59,459 bases of DNA from Candidatus Micrarchaeota archaeon (GTDB lineage Archaea > Micrarchaeota > Micrarchaeia > Anstonellales > SKW190), in assembly GCA_026414265.1 (NCBI GenBank), contig JAOAJI010000001.1, positions 4,009 through 63,467 of the forward strand, given 5' to 3'. The number at the start of each line of letters is the position of its first letter. Within the stretch, counting starts at the first letter, position 1. Made by a program: the position numbers and the translations under genes. The notes beneath the pieces are model-generated. The model did no database searches. It was not told the DNA's origin and saw only the letters and a list, made by a program, of their open reading frames with translations. Shown piece by piece: positions 1 through 8,949 of the stretch.

Positions 1-213
1 GCTATTAACGGTGATTTACTGTATCCTGAATATTTCCACAACGATGCTGAAACCTTTAAGAGGTATGACACTACAAGACATCACAACAATCTCAAAGCAG
101 TTTTTTCTGAAGACAACAGACTGGTTGCTGTAGCAAAAATAATTAAAAGTGTTAAAAATAATAAACCTACATATTTTTTAGCGCCTAAAAAAGTATTCTT
201 GAGTGAACTATAA
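1..213 (+). CDS. 3' end of a CDS that starts upstream of the window (hypothetical protein)
   Basis: Frame 1 is open from base 1 to the TAA at 211-213 (AINGDLLYPEYFHNDAETFKRYD...KKVFLSEL). The stop directly abuts the next ATG. No recognisable motif. Confidence 0.4.
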   Translation, partial: AINGDLLYPEYFHNDAETFKRYDTTRHHNNLKAVFSEDNRLVAVAKIIKSVKNNKPTYFLAPKKVFLSEL

Positions 214-1458
214 ATGGCAGTTCAAATTTCAAAGAGTTGGTTAAGTTTACTTATCCTTTTTAGTTTATTGAGCACTTACTTTTATTCATCCATATCTAAT
301 GGCCAAGACAATAAAACAAATCAAACTGAATCCAATCTAACCATATACTATTTCTGGAGTTACACTTGTCCTCATTGCAAGGCAGCAAGACCTTTCATAG
401 AAACAACTAAAGTTAAGTACCCTCAAGTCACTTGGATAGAATATGAAGTTACTGCATTCCCTGAAAACGCTAAGCTGTTTGAATCATTTGCAAAAGCCCA
501 TAAACTGAATCATACAGGGACCCCAACATTCTTTATAGGTGGTAAAGCGATAATAGGTTGGAGAGACGAAGAGACGTCAGGTAAGCTAATAGATGAACGA
601 ATAAATTTCTGCCTGAATAACCCTGAATCATGCCAGGATTCATTAAAGATTACAAAAGGAGAGCTTAATTTAACCATTAACGAATCTCAACAATTACCTG
701 ATTACACAAAAGTAAGATTACCGCTGTTCGGAGAAATAGACTTGTCCAAATATCCCTTACTTGTAATAGCGATAGTAATAGGCTTGTTAGACGGTTTTAA
801 CCCTTGCGAAATGTGGATACTTGTTTATCTCATTACTCTCTTAGCATTGGAAAGAGACAGGAGAAAAATGATTATAATAGCAGGAAGCTTTATTCTGGCT
901 TCAACTGTTCTGTATTATCTGATTCTAACAGCCTGGCTAAACGTATTTTCATACCTGAGTTTTATCGAAATTCTCAGAATGTTAGTAGGGCTTTTTGCTG
1001 TTTCAGCAGGAAGCTATGGCATATACTCTTATTACAAGAATAGAGACAAGCCAGATGCCTGTGAAGTTGTCAGCCCTAACGAAAGGAAAAAGATCATTAA
1101 TATGATTAAAGAATTGACAAAACCACAGATAATGCCTGCTACTATTTTAGGGGTTATGTTCTTGGCCGTGAGTGTAAATCTCATAGAGTTTGTGTGCTCT
1201 GCAGGTTTTCCTGCAATTTTCACAAAGATTTTAGCTGATAATAAACTCTCTTTCTGGGAAAACCAATTCTATATTCTAGTTTATTTGTTCATGTTCGAAT
1301 TTGACGATTTAGTTATCTTTAGCATTGCGATACTAACCTTGTCTGCGTATAAAGAAACAGGAGAGAAGTACGCTAGACTAAGCCATTTCATAGGTAGTGT
1401 GATCATGTTAATTCTTGGACTATTCCTATTGTTCTGGCCTGAAGCACTAATATTTTAA
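214..1458 (+). CDS. Thioredoxin-fold domain fused to a CcdA/DsbD-like membrane thiol-disulfide transporter
   Basis: Signal/TM segment followed by a WSYTCPHCK (CxxC) thioredoxin motif. The multi-TM C-terminal half has Cys in NPC (DGFNPCEMW) and in EFVCSAGFP, as in CcdA/DsbD transmembrane domains. Confidence 0.65.
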   Translation: MAVQISKSWLSLLILFSLLSTYFYSSISNGQDNKTNQTESNLTIYYFWSYTCPHCKAARPFIETTKVKYPQVTWIEYEVTAFPENAKLFESFAKAHKLNHTGTPTFFIGGKAIIGWRDEETSGKLIDERINFCLNNPESCQDSLKITKGELNLTINESQQLPDYTKVRLPLFGEIDLSKYPLLVIAIVIGLLDGFNPCEMWILVYLITLLALERDRRKMIIIAGSFILASTVLYYLILTAWLNVFSYLSFIEILRMLVGLFAVSAGSYGIYSYYKNRDKPDACEVVSPNERKKIINMIKELTKPQIMPATILGVMFLAVSVNLIEFVCSAGFPAIFTKILADNKLSFWENQFYILVYLFMFEFDDLVIFSIAILTLSAYKETGEKYARLSHFIGSVIMLILGLFLLFWPEALIF

Positions 1459-1506
1459 ATGCTTTTATGTTCATCGTTATTCTATTAAACTTTTTATTTA
1501 ATTGTT

Positions 1507-1630
1507 GCCGAGGTGGCGGAACCTGGTAACGCGCACGCCTGGAGCCGCAAGTTTATAAAGAAAAAATTAGAAATAAAGACAGTGAGCGTGTTCCTGAAAA
1601 GGATTCAGGGTTCAAATCCCTGCCTCGGCG
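1507..1630 (+). tRNA. tRNA-Ser(GGA) with a roughly 40-nt intron at the canonical 37/38 position
   Basis: Acceptor GCCGAGG/CCTCGGC. Anticodon stem CACGC/GCGTG enclosing CU-GGA-G, intron (1545-1584), then A. Long variable arm (ttcctgaaaaggattc) and T arm CAGGG-TTCAAAT-CCCTG. Confidence 0.8.
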
Positions 1631-1650
1631 TTTCTCAATAGATTGATTTT

Positions 1651-2097
1651 ATGATACCAGAAATTGTTGGAGGAAGCATAGAACTTAATTTTGAAAACAA
1701 TTCGCTAAAATTCAAATCAGAAGATACAATCAAATTAGAGCTGAAACTGAAGATACTCAGAGAGGTTAGAGCAAATGAATTATCGGTAAGCTTCTACGGA
1801 CTCAGACTCGAAAGCTACGGTAGAACTCTTTATTACAAGAAAGTCTACGAGGTTAAACAAGTATTAGAATCTGTGAAGACTTATCAACCAGGTGTTTATA
1901 CTTATAACGTAGAGCTAAAGGTACCAGTACTGAAAGAACCCAAACTAGAAGGCTTTGATAAAATCGTTTATGACATGAGTAAGTTTTTTGTACCCCCTAT
2001 TAAATGGTACGTAGAGGCAAAACTAGACATACCTTTAGCTTTTGATATAAATAAAAAACTTGAATTAAAATTGGAAGGAGAACCGATTTATACCTGA
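1651..2097 (+). CDS. Hypothetical beta-rich protein (possibly arrestin/Spo0M-like, weak)
   Basis: 148-aa ORF with alternating beta-strand-like pattern and no diagnostic motif. Sits upstream of two SPFH genes. Confidence 0.45.
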   Translation: MIPEIVGGSIELNFENNSLKFKSEDTIKLELKLKILREVRANELSVSFYGLRLESYGRTLYYKKVYEVKQVLESVKTYQPGVYTYNVELKVPVLKEPKLEGFDKIVYDMSKFFVPPIKWYVEAKLDIPLAFDINKKLELKLEGEPIYT

Positions 2098-2193
2098 CAT
2101 AAAAGATAAAGTTCGCGAATCTTTTTTCATTCAGGTAAAATTATAAATCTAAATTCTGATAATGTCATGTTTGAGTGTTAGGGGGTTTGATTT

Positions 2194-3060
2194 ATGCCTT
2201 TCTTGGATTGTTGTTTAAGTTTACTCTTTATCATTTTAGTGATATTATTATCAAGTCTACAAATAATTATGCAATATCAAAGAGGTCTAAAGTTCAGATT
2301 TGGAAGGTTTGTAGGTCTTCTACAACCTGGGCTTCACGTGGTTATTCCAATTATTGAAAGAGTTGAAATAGTCGATATGCGGCTTATGGCCCTTGACATA
2401 ACCAAGCAAGAGACCCTAACAAAAGATAACATCTCTACTTCAATCAACGCCATTATATTCTATAGAGTGACAGATCCTATAAAAGCAGTTCTCAATCTGC
2501 AAAACTTTACATTAGCACTTTTCCAGCAAGGACAGGCCGCAATGAAAGAAGTAGCTGGATCAGTAGAACTAGATAAACTGCTGTATGACAGAGACGCTAT
2601 CTCTGAAAAAATAAAAGAAATTGTTAGCAGAGAAACTGATGATTGGGGAATAGACATAATCGCACTAAAGATACAAGACATTGAATTACCTGCTGACATG
2701 AAGAAAGCAATTGCAAGACAAGCACAAGCAGAAAGAGATAGAAGAGCAACAATATTACAATCCCTAGGAGAAGCAGAAGCCGCTAAATTAATTGCTCAAG
2801 CATCTGAAATAATTAATTCTACTCCTGGAGCCATGCATTTGAGAACATTAAATGCTCTAAATGTGCTTTCAAGTGATAAAACAAACACGATAACTTATGT
2901 ATTGCCTATTGAAGCAGAAACCTTTGACGAAGAAGAAGAATGGAATCTGACTAAAGATTCTGGATCTGGAAATACATCGACAAATGAAAAGACTGATGAA
3001 AATGAACAAGAAAAGGATAACAAATCAAGTTTTGGGTTCGAGATCAGAAAAAAAGCATAA
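2194..3060 (+). CDS. SPFH/band-7 (stomatin/prohibitin-like) membrane protein
   Basis: N-terminal TM, then QYQRGLKFRFGRF...PGLHVVIPIIERV...TKDN...YRV.DP and an ARQAQAERDRRA coiled segment typical of stomatin family proteins. Confidence 0.85.
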   Translation: MPFLDCCLSLLFIILVILLSSLQIIMQYQRGLKFRFGRFVGLLQPGLHVVIPIIERVEIVDMRLMALDITKQETLTKDNISTSINAIIFYRVTDPIKAVLNLQNFTLALFQQGQAAMKEVAGSVELDKLLYDRDAISEKIKEIVSRETDDWGIDIIALKIQDIELPADMKKAIARQAQAERDRRATILQSLGEAEAAKLIAQASEIINSTPGAMHLRTLNALNVLSSDKTNTITYVLPIEAETFDEEEEWNLTKDSGSGNTSTNEKTDENEQEKDNKSSFGFEIRKKA

Positions 3061-3092
3061 AATATAAATAGAGATATTTATGAGGTGAAAAT

Positions 3093-3812
3093 ATGGTCAT
3101 AGCAATAATTAATCAATACGAAAAAGGAATAAGGTATTTCTTAGGCAGGTATGAAACGGTTTTAGAGCCTGGGCTGTGCCTAAACATTCCTTTCATCCAT
3201 AAGATAGACAGATTAGACATGAGAACAATAACGATAAAAATCCCTAGACTCGAATGCCTTACAAAAGACAATGTGTCTATTAAAATAACTGCTGCAGTTT
3301 ATTACAAAATTGTAGATATACAAAAAGCAGTACTAGAAGTAGCTAACGTGGACTATACTGTAATGCAGTATGCACAAACAGCAATGCGTGACGCTGTTGG
3401 AAAATGGGAACTGGACAAATTATTGTCAGAAAGAGATACCATAGGTAAAACCATAGAGAAAATTGTTGATACTGAAACTGCTAACTGGGGTGTAGATATA
3501 CAAAGCATAAAAATCCAGGACATTGAAATTCCTGAAGATATGAAAAGGTCTATGGCAAGAGAAGCAGAAGGAGAAAGAATAAGAAGGTCCCTACTCATTC
3601 TCGCTGAAGGTGAACTCGAAGCAGCGAAAAACTATGCAAATGCAGCAAAAACACTGAAAACTTCAAGCGGAGCGATGCATTTGAAAACTCTGCAGGCACT
3701 CACTACAAGCATAAGTATGGAAGACGCTCCAACACATATTTATTTAGTGCCAAAAAACCTGCTCAGAGCCCTTGGTGCACTCGGAAGCACATCACTAAAA
3801 ATTAAAAAATAA
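3093..3812 (+). CDS. SPFH/band-7 (stomatin-like) protein, paralog of the upstream gene
   Basis: Same motif series as the upstream gene: YEKGIRYFLGRY...PGLCLNIPFIHKI...TKDNV...YYKIVD...AREAEGERIRR. Confidence 0.85.
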   Translation: MVIAIINQYEKGIRYFLGRYETVLEPGLCLNIPFIHKIDRLDMRTITIKIPRLECLTKDNVSIKITAAVYYKIVDIQKAVLEVANVDYTVMQYAQTAMRDAVGKWELDKLLSERDTIGKTIEKIVDTETANWGVDIQSIKIQDIEIPEDMKRSMAREAEGERIRRSLLILAEGELEAAKNYANAAKTLKTSSGAMHLKTLQALTTSISMEDAPTHIYLVPKNLLRALGALGSTSLKIKK

Positions 3813-3839
3813 TGCCAAAACCTATAACTAAATTAAATT

Positions 3840-5456
3840 TCATGAAAACAAGTATGCTGAAGAAACAATGTAGATCGGATAAAATGTAGATAAACCTAAA
3901 ACCACTATCAAAAAAACATCTTTACCGTAATTCAAACCTAATATCAAAGAAATAGAATAAACGATAAAATACGTATACATCAATAAGTACTTGTCTATTA
4001 TCGCACTTTTTGAATCTGTATCTGTTACCTTCAAGGATTGAGTCTTCAAGGCAGATAACAGGCCTAAAAACAAAGGAAACATTAAAATGGAAATGATTAA
4101 TGCATACCTTGGAACCCTTACTAAAGATTCGCGCTCTCTTTCTAATTCCATCATCTTTAATAGATGTTGATGCGAAGCTATTATCGCATCCCTAAACTTA
4201 TTGCCTATGTGATAAAGCAAAAGCAAATTCGAAACTAGCTCTTTTATTAGAGATGAACTTATCAAATTCTTTGAACTAAAGTCTGAATTAAAACTAGAAT
4301 AGCGATTAATTAATCTGATAAGTGAATTTTCAGTGCCAATGCTTTTCATGTCCCTGTAAAGTTCAGAAAAAATAAATGAAATATTTCCATATTGCTTTTT
4401 TGACAATTCCCTTATCATATCATCAAAAGACATGACATTGTCAAGAGTACTTATGTGAAGATACGTGTTTGCCATATCTTCTACTCTAAATTTGGAGTAA
4501 CTACTGTAAATTGAATAAGCAGAATAAATAAGAAATACGAATGAAACTATCAGCAAATAATAGTCTAACTCAAAAAAAATCATGAGATAGAAAAGAATCA
4601 AAATGACAAAAGACTTGATGAACTGGATCACAAATCTCTTCCAATAAATCAAATCTTGTATACTTGGATTCATCAACTCTGATATTACAAGCAAAAGCAA
4701 TAACAAAAAAGAAAGAATTACATTTGAAGAATCGTGGCTGTCAGAAAAGAAAAATGATACAGCATTAAAAAATAGAGGAAATAAAACACCAAAAGAAACA
4801 AAGACCAATATAATAAACGTATACAAAGAAGCGTACTTTTTTACATCGTTTATATAATATTGATAAAAAATTTGATAAGATGATGAAAATACTTCACTGA
4901 CTTTGCCTGTCTGATAAGAAATAATTAAAAACTCTGAAAACATCTCAATTCTGTCGCTATACCAATCAGTAAAAGAGTTCTTAACTGCTGAAGAAAAGTC
5001 ACTTCCTTCGTCTAACCTTCTCAAAAGTGCTTTGAAATTTTTTGATAACAGATAAATATCGTTTTCAGCCAATATTCTAACCATCTCATAAATGGAAATA
5101 AATGAGGAAAAGGACATAACATTTCCTGTTATTTTAACAAGTTCGTAATGAATAATGTTCAGTTCTCTCAGGTAAGACAGAAGTGGTAAGAAATATAAGA
5201 TTATTACGACTAACAGGAAAAGTAGAAGTGATTCATAGATATACATTTGAAAAATAGTAAATGAAATTCCTGAAACTGAAAATGAAAATAAAATTACAAA
5301 GAGTAAATACTGCTCATAACTTATACGCGTATGAATGATTTCTTTTACTATGTTCTCGCTAAATCTGTTGTAGAGCTTTTTGCGAAACTCATAAGATGAA
5401 AAAAAATTTACCAACAAGTTCTTGGACTTGTGATCATAATTTCGCATAGATCTCAT
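3840..5456 (-). CDS. Polytopic membrane protein, likely type IV pilus/archaellum platform (PilC/FlaJ/TadC-like)
   Basis: 538 aa with many TM helices. Overlaps the stop of the upstream secretion-type ATPase gene by 23 nt (5434-5456), the usual ATPase-platform pairing. Confidence 0.55.
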   Translation of the reverse strand: MRSMRNYDHKSKNLLVNFFSSYEFRKKLYNRFSENIVKEIIHTRISYEQYLLFVILFSFSVSGISFTIFQMYIYESLLLFLLVVIILYFLPLLSYLRELNIIHYELVKITGNVMSFSSFISIYEMVRILAENDIYLLSKNFKALLRRLDEGSDFSSAVKNSFTDWYSDRIEMFSEFLIISYQTGKVSEVFSSSYQIFYQYYINDVKKYASLYTFIILVFVSFGVLFPLFFNAVSFFFSDSHDSSNVILSFLLLLLLVISELMNPSIQDLIYWKRFVIQFIKSFVILILFYLMIFFELDYYLLIVSFVFLIYSAYSIYSSYSKFRVEDMANTYLHISTLDNVMSFDDMIRELSKKQYGNISFIFSELYRDMKSIGTENSLIRLINRYSSFNSDFSSKNLISSSLIKELVSNLLLLYHIGNKFRDAIIASHQHLLKMMELERERESLVRVPRYALIISILMFPLFLGLLSALKTQSLKVTDTDSKSAIIDKYLLMYTYFIVYSISLILGLNYGKDVFLIVVLGLSTFYPIYIVSSAYLFS

Positions 5457-6741
5457 CTACTTTTTTTGAGAGCTCATAGAACGCTAGCTTCTGACCGAGA
5501 ATGTCTTTGGCAATGTTTACAAACTTCATAAGCATATCGTAATCACTGATTCCTACTTTAGACATTTTGAACTTAGTTTGTTCGTCTAAGCTTTCATAAA
5601 AAGTCCTAAACGATGTTGGAGAAGAAAGAGCACTATGACGAATTAATAAGTCTGCCCTAGGAAAATAAATATCGTTTAATTCCCTAATCTCAATCAACTC
5701 TTTTTTACCGTTGTTATCAGTTAATTGCCTGAATCTACGAAGATTAAGAATAGCGTCAGAAACAGAAATTACATCATTACTTATTCCGTAATTCTCAAAC
5801 CTCTTCAGCACTTCTCTGGAAGAATTTGCATGCATGGTTGTATAAAAACTCCTTGCCTGACCAGATAACATGCACTCAACTAATGCTTCTGCTTCTTCCT
5901 TTTTCCTTATCTCGCCTATAACTAACCTGTCAGGCCTCATCCTCAATGAATCCCATATCAGATGTTTCAATCTTATATCCCCAAATTCAGACAAATGAAC
6001 AACGTGGTCGTTAATAAAATTCAATTCACGCGTCTCTTCAATCACAAGTATCCTTTCATTTTGTGAAAAAAACGAAGAAAGTGCATTCAATAAACTTGTT
6101 TTGCCACTAGCTGTGTTACCTGATATTATTATGGAAGAATCGCTTAGTACAAGTAGCCAAAGCAGTGCTGCTACATCTGAACTAATAATGTTGGAAGAAA
6201 CAAACTCACATAAGCTATAGGGAATCAAATTGAATTTTCTTATAGTTAGTTCACAATCGCTTATAGGATTAAGTGTAGCATGTAATCTGCCTATGTTAGA
6301 AATGTTGGCATTTAAATAAGGAATAGAATAAGTTATTCTTCTTCCACTTTCTCTGGCAAGTCTGTTAACCAATTCGATAAAAAAACTGCGATCTGTTATC
6401 TTCAAACCTGTTTTCAACCAACCCTTACCTTTAACATAGACATACACTGGTTTGTTTAAACCTATAATCGCTATCTCCTCAACATTGTTGTCTCTCAATG
6501 GTCTGTCAAAAAAAACAGTGTTGGACACTAATATCTTTATCAGCTTCTCAAATCTATCAAATTGATCTGGACTCAAGTAATAACCTTTGTCATACGCAAA
6601 GGAAGTCAAACTGTCTTTCAAATTTGTCAGATCAAAATCAGTGATCAGAAAATCGTTCAAAAATATGCTTTCGTTTTGTGTGATTATAGGGATGTCTAAA
6701 TCATACTCAATTTCTCTGGTTTCATAGGAGTAACCAAGCAT
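5434..6741 (-). CDS. Type II/IV secretion-family ATPase (FlaI/PilB/VirB11-like)
   Basis: Walker A GNTASGKTSLLNAL, Walker B LVIEETRE, RMRPDRLVIGEIR box and TTMHANS His box. Confidence 0.85.
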   Translation of the reverse strand: MLGYSYETREIEYDLDIPIITQNESIFLNDFLITDFDLTNLKDSLTSFAYDKGYYLSPDQFDRFEKLIKILVSNTVFFDRPLRDNNVEEIAIIGLNKPVYVYVKGKGWLKTGLKITDRSFFIELVNRLARESGRRITYSIPYLNANISNIGRLHATLNPISDCELTIRKFNLIPYSLCEFVSSNIISSDVAALLWLLVLSDSSIIISGNTASGKTSLLNALSSFFSQNERILVIEETRELNFINDHVVHLSEFGDIRLKHLIWDSLRMRPDRLVIGEIRKKEEAEALVECMLSGQARSFYTTMHANSSREVLKRFENYGISNDVISVSDAILNLRRFRQLTDNNGKKELIEIRELNDIYFPRADLLIRHSALSSPTSFRTFYESLDEQTKFKMSKVGISDYDMLMKFVNIAKDILGQKLAFYELSKKVDEIYAKL

Positions 6742-6918
6742 AAAGAGTTATTGCTCGTATCAGATTAAAAACATAACAAGCATCTAACCAAATACTGACT
6801 AAATTATTTCTAGATTTTCTCATAAAAATGTTTTAATGACCATTTTGTGAAAATTTGAAGGTAAATTTTTTATGTGTTATGCAAATTATAAATGTTATTC
6901 GTTGAATTAGGTGATTTT

Positions 6919-8247
6919 ATGATTGTTATGAAATTTGGTGGCTCTTCAGTAAGAGACGCTGAAATGATAAAAAAAGTGACAGAAATAGTAAGAAGCAGTT
7001 TGGATAGAAAACCTATAGTAGTTGTTAGCGCGTGCCAAGGGATAACTGACCTTCTACTGAAAGCCATAGACGAATCATTTCAAAACAAGCTTGACGCTTA
7101 CTTGGAAATAGAAAAAAGGCACAGAAAAATTATCAATGACTTGAAACTCAAAGAAAATCTGATTGAAGACCTGTTGTCTGAGCTGAAAAATCTGTTAACA
7201 GCAAATTACTTCATAAAAGAAAAAGGTAACAGACTAAGAGACCACATAGCGTTCTTCGGAGAGCGTATGAGCTCAACCATCATAGCTGAATACATGAAAA
7301 CTACTGGATTAAATGCTAAACAGTTTGATTCTGGTGATTTAGGATTGATTACTGACGATAATTTTGGAAACGCTTCAATTATGCATAACACTTATGAGCT
7401 CATAAGAAAGGCTTTCAAAGAAAAAGTAAATAATCAAACAATACCTATTATAACAGGATTTGGTGGCAAAACTTTGAATAACGAATATACTACTTTTGAT
7501 AGAGGAGGCTCTGATTATGTTGCATCGATATTCGGAGCTGCACTCAATGCAGAAGAAATACAAATTTGGACAGACGTAAGCGGGATCTATTCGTGTGATC
7601 CTAGAATAGTACCTAATGCAAAAAAAATAGAACTCATGGCTTTTGAAGAAGCCTCTGAATTGGCATACTTCGGAGCAAAAGTACTTCATCCTAAAACTAT
7701 TCTGCCTGCGATTGAATCAAAAATACCAGTTAAAGTACTGAACACTTTTGACCCAGAAGATAAAGGAACTACTATCGTTGATAAATGTGAACACAATGAA
7801 ACTACTAAAATACTGGCCTTGTCTATAAAAAACGCAATAGTAATAGAAGTAAAATCAACCAGGATGCTTGACACTTATGGATACCTTGAAAAAGCTTTTG
7901 CCATCTTCAGCAAATACAAAAAATCAGTAGACATGATAACAACAAGCGAAATAACCATAACATTAACAGTTGATTCAGATAAATTTGTCAAACAAATCAG
8001 CGAAGACCTAAAACAAATTGCAAATGTCAAAACTTATGGGAATCAAAAAATAGTTTATGTGTTATGTAACCCAAAATTCGATAAAAACGAAATCGTGTCA
8101 TCAATTTTCAGGATTTCACAGGAAATAAAAGTTAATATCCACATGCTTTCAATGTGCTACGATACTATTAGTATAGGATTAGTAGTAGACGATAAAGACT
8201 CGGTAAAACTTGTTAAAGAATTACATAAAAAGCTCATAGAAACTTAA
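6919..8247 (+). CDS. Aspartate kinase
   Basis: MKFGGSSV, FDRGGSDY, IWTDVSGIYSCDPRIV, ELAYFGAKVLHPKT and C-terminal ACT-like repeats. The ATG at 6919 is preferred over the ORF-track start at 6892. Confidence 0.9.
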   Translation: MIVMKFGGSSVRDAEMIKKVTEIVRSSLDRKPIVVVSACQGITDLLLKAIDESFQNKLDAYLEIEKRHRKIINDLKLKENLIEDLLSELKNLLTANYFIKEKGNRLRDHIAFFGERMSSTIIAEYMKTTGLNAKQFDSGDLGLITDDNFGNASIMHNTYELIRKAFKEKVNNQTIPIITGFGGKTLNNEYTTFDRGGSDYVASIFGAALNAEEIQIWTDVSGIYSCDPRIVPNAKKIELMAFEEASELAYFGAKVLHPKTILPAIESKIPVKVLNTFDPEDKGTTIVDKCEHNETTKILALSIKNAIVIEVKSTRMLDTYGYLEKAFAIFSKYKKSVDMITTSEITITLTVDSDKFVKQISEDLKQIANVKTYGNQKIVYVLCNPKFDKNEIVSSIFRISQEIKVNIHMLSMCYDTISIGLVVDDKDSVKLVKELHKKLIET

Positions 8248-8284
8248 ATGCCTAACTTAATAACATTAATAACATAAAAAGAAA

Positions 8285-8357
8285 TAGCCCTACCAGGATT
8301 CGCACCTGGGTCTTCGGGTCCAAAGCCCGACGTACTTGGCTGCTATACGATAGGGCT
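8285..8357 (-). tRNA. tRNA-Gln(UUG)
   Basis: The reverse complement folds as AGCCCTA..GTAT-AGCAGCCAAG-TAC, TCGGG-CTTTGGA-CCCGA (anticodon TTG), CCAGG-TGCGAAT-CCTGG, TAGGGCT. Confidence 0.85.
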
Positions 8358-8396
8358 ATCAATAACTTAAGTAACGTAACTAATATGATAAAGTAA

Positions 8397-8600
8397 TCAA
8401 TCCTTTCTGTAAACAGTCAATGGTATGACACCTAACAAAAACTCTCTCTTTGCAATCTTTATGGAATCGTCTCCTTCTAAAACTTCAACTAATGGAGGTG
8501 CACCATAGCTCAATTGTAAAGCACGTGCTCCAATAATTCTAGCGATCTCATATCTACTTAAATTAAAATTACCATCACTCTTTTCTTTCATCGTATTCAC
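8397..8600 (-). CDS. rpoK: DNA-directed RNA polymerase subunit K (Rpo6)
   Basis: 67 aa carrying RYEIARIIGARALQLSYGAPPLV, the conserved Rpo6/RpoK core. Confidence 0.85.
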   Translation of the reverse strand: MNTMKEKSDGNFNLSRYEIARIIGARALQLSYGAPPLVEVLEGDDSIKIAKREFLLGVIPLTVYRKD

Positions 8601-8754
8601 TCATTATACATGCTGTTAATTTATAGCATAAAGAATAATTTATAATTTTTACTATCCAAGTCGTTTATCAATACTTTAAAAACATTTTACAAAATAACTA
8701 TTAACGTTGAATAAATAAGTTTTTGAAAATCGATAATTTAGGAAGGTTTAGAAA

Positions 8755-8877
8755 GGGCCCGTAGCTCAGCGGTAGAGCGGCAGTCTTATATGACCCGTTC
8801 TGCTGTAGGAGATCAGAAATAACCTTGGAAAGGTCTAAGAGAGCTGTAGGTCGAGGGTTCGAATCCCTCCGGGCCCA
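8755..8877 (+). tRNA. tRNA-Ile with anticodon UAU and a roughly 51-nt intron at 37/38
   Basis: GGGCCCG-TA-GCTC-AGCGGTA-GAGC, anticodon stem GCAGT/GCTGT, loop CT-TAT-A, intron (8791-8841), A, T arm GAGGG-TTCGAAT-CCCTC, CGGGCCC-A. The acceptor and D arm match the archaeal tRNA-Ile pattern. Confidence 0.7.
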
Positions 8878-8949
8878 TAATTAAATATAACACAACTCGA
8901 ATACTAATGCTCTTTTAATTTTAATTTATATTATCTATAACTGACTCGT

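Noticed and set aside
6879-6888. 10-nt identity (ATGCAAATTA) between CRISPR spacer 3 and the region upstream of aspartate kinase, a possible self-targeting protospacer
   Set aside because: Only 10 of 36 nt match, and it is an AT-rich word expected by chance in 59 kb.
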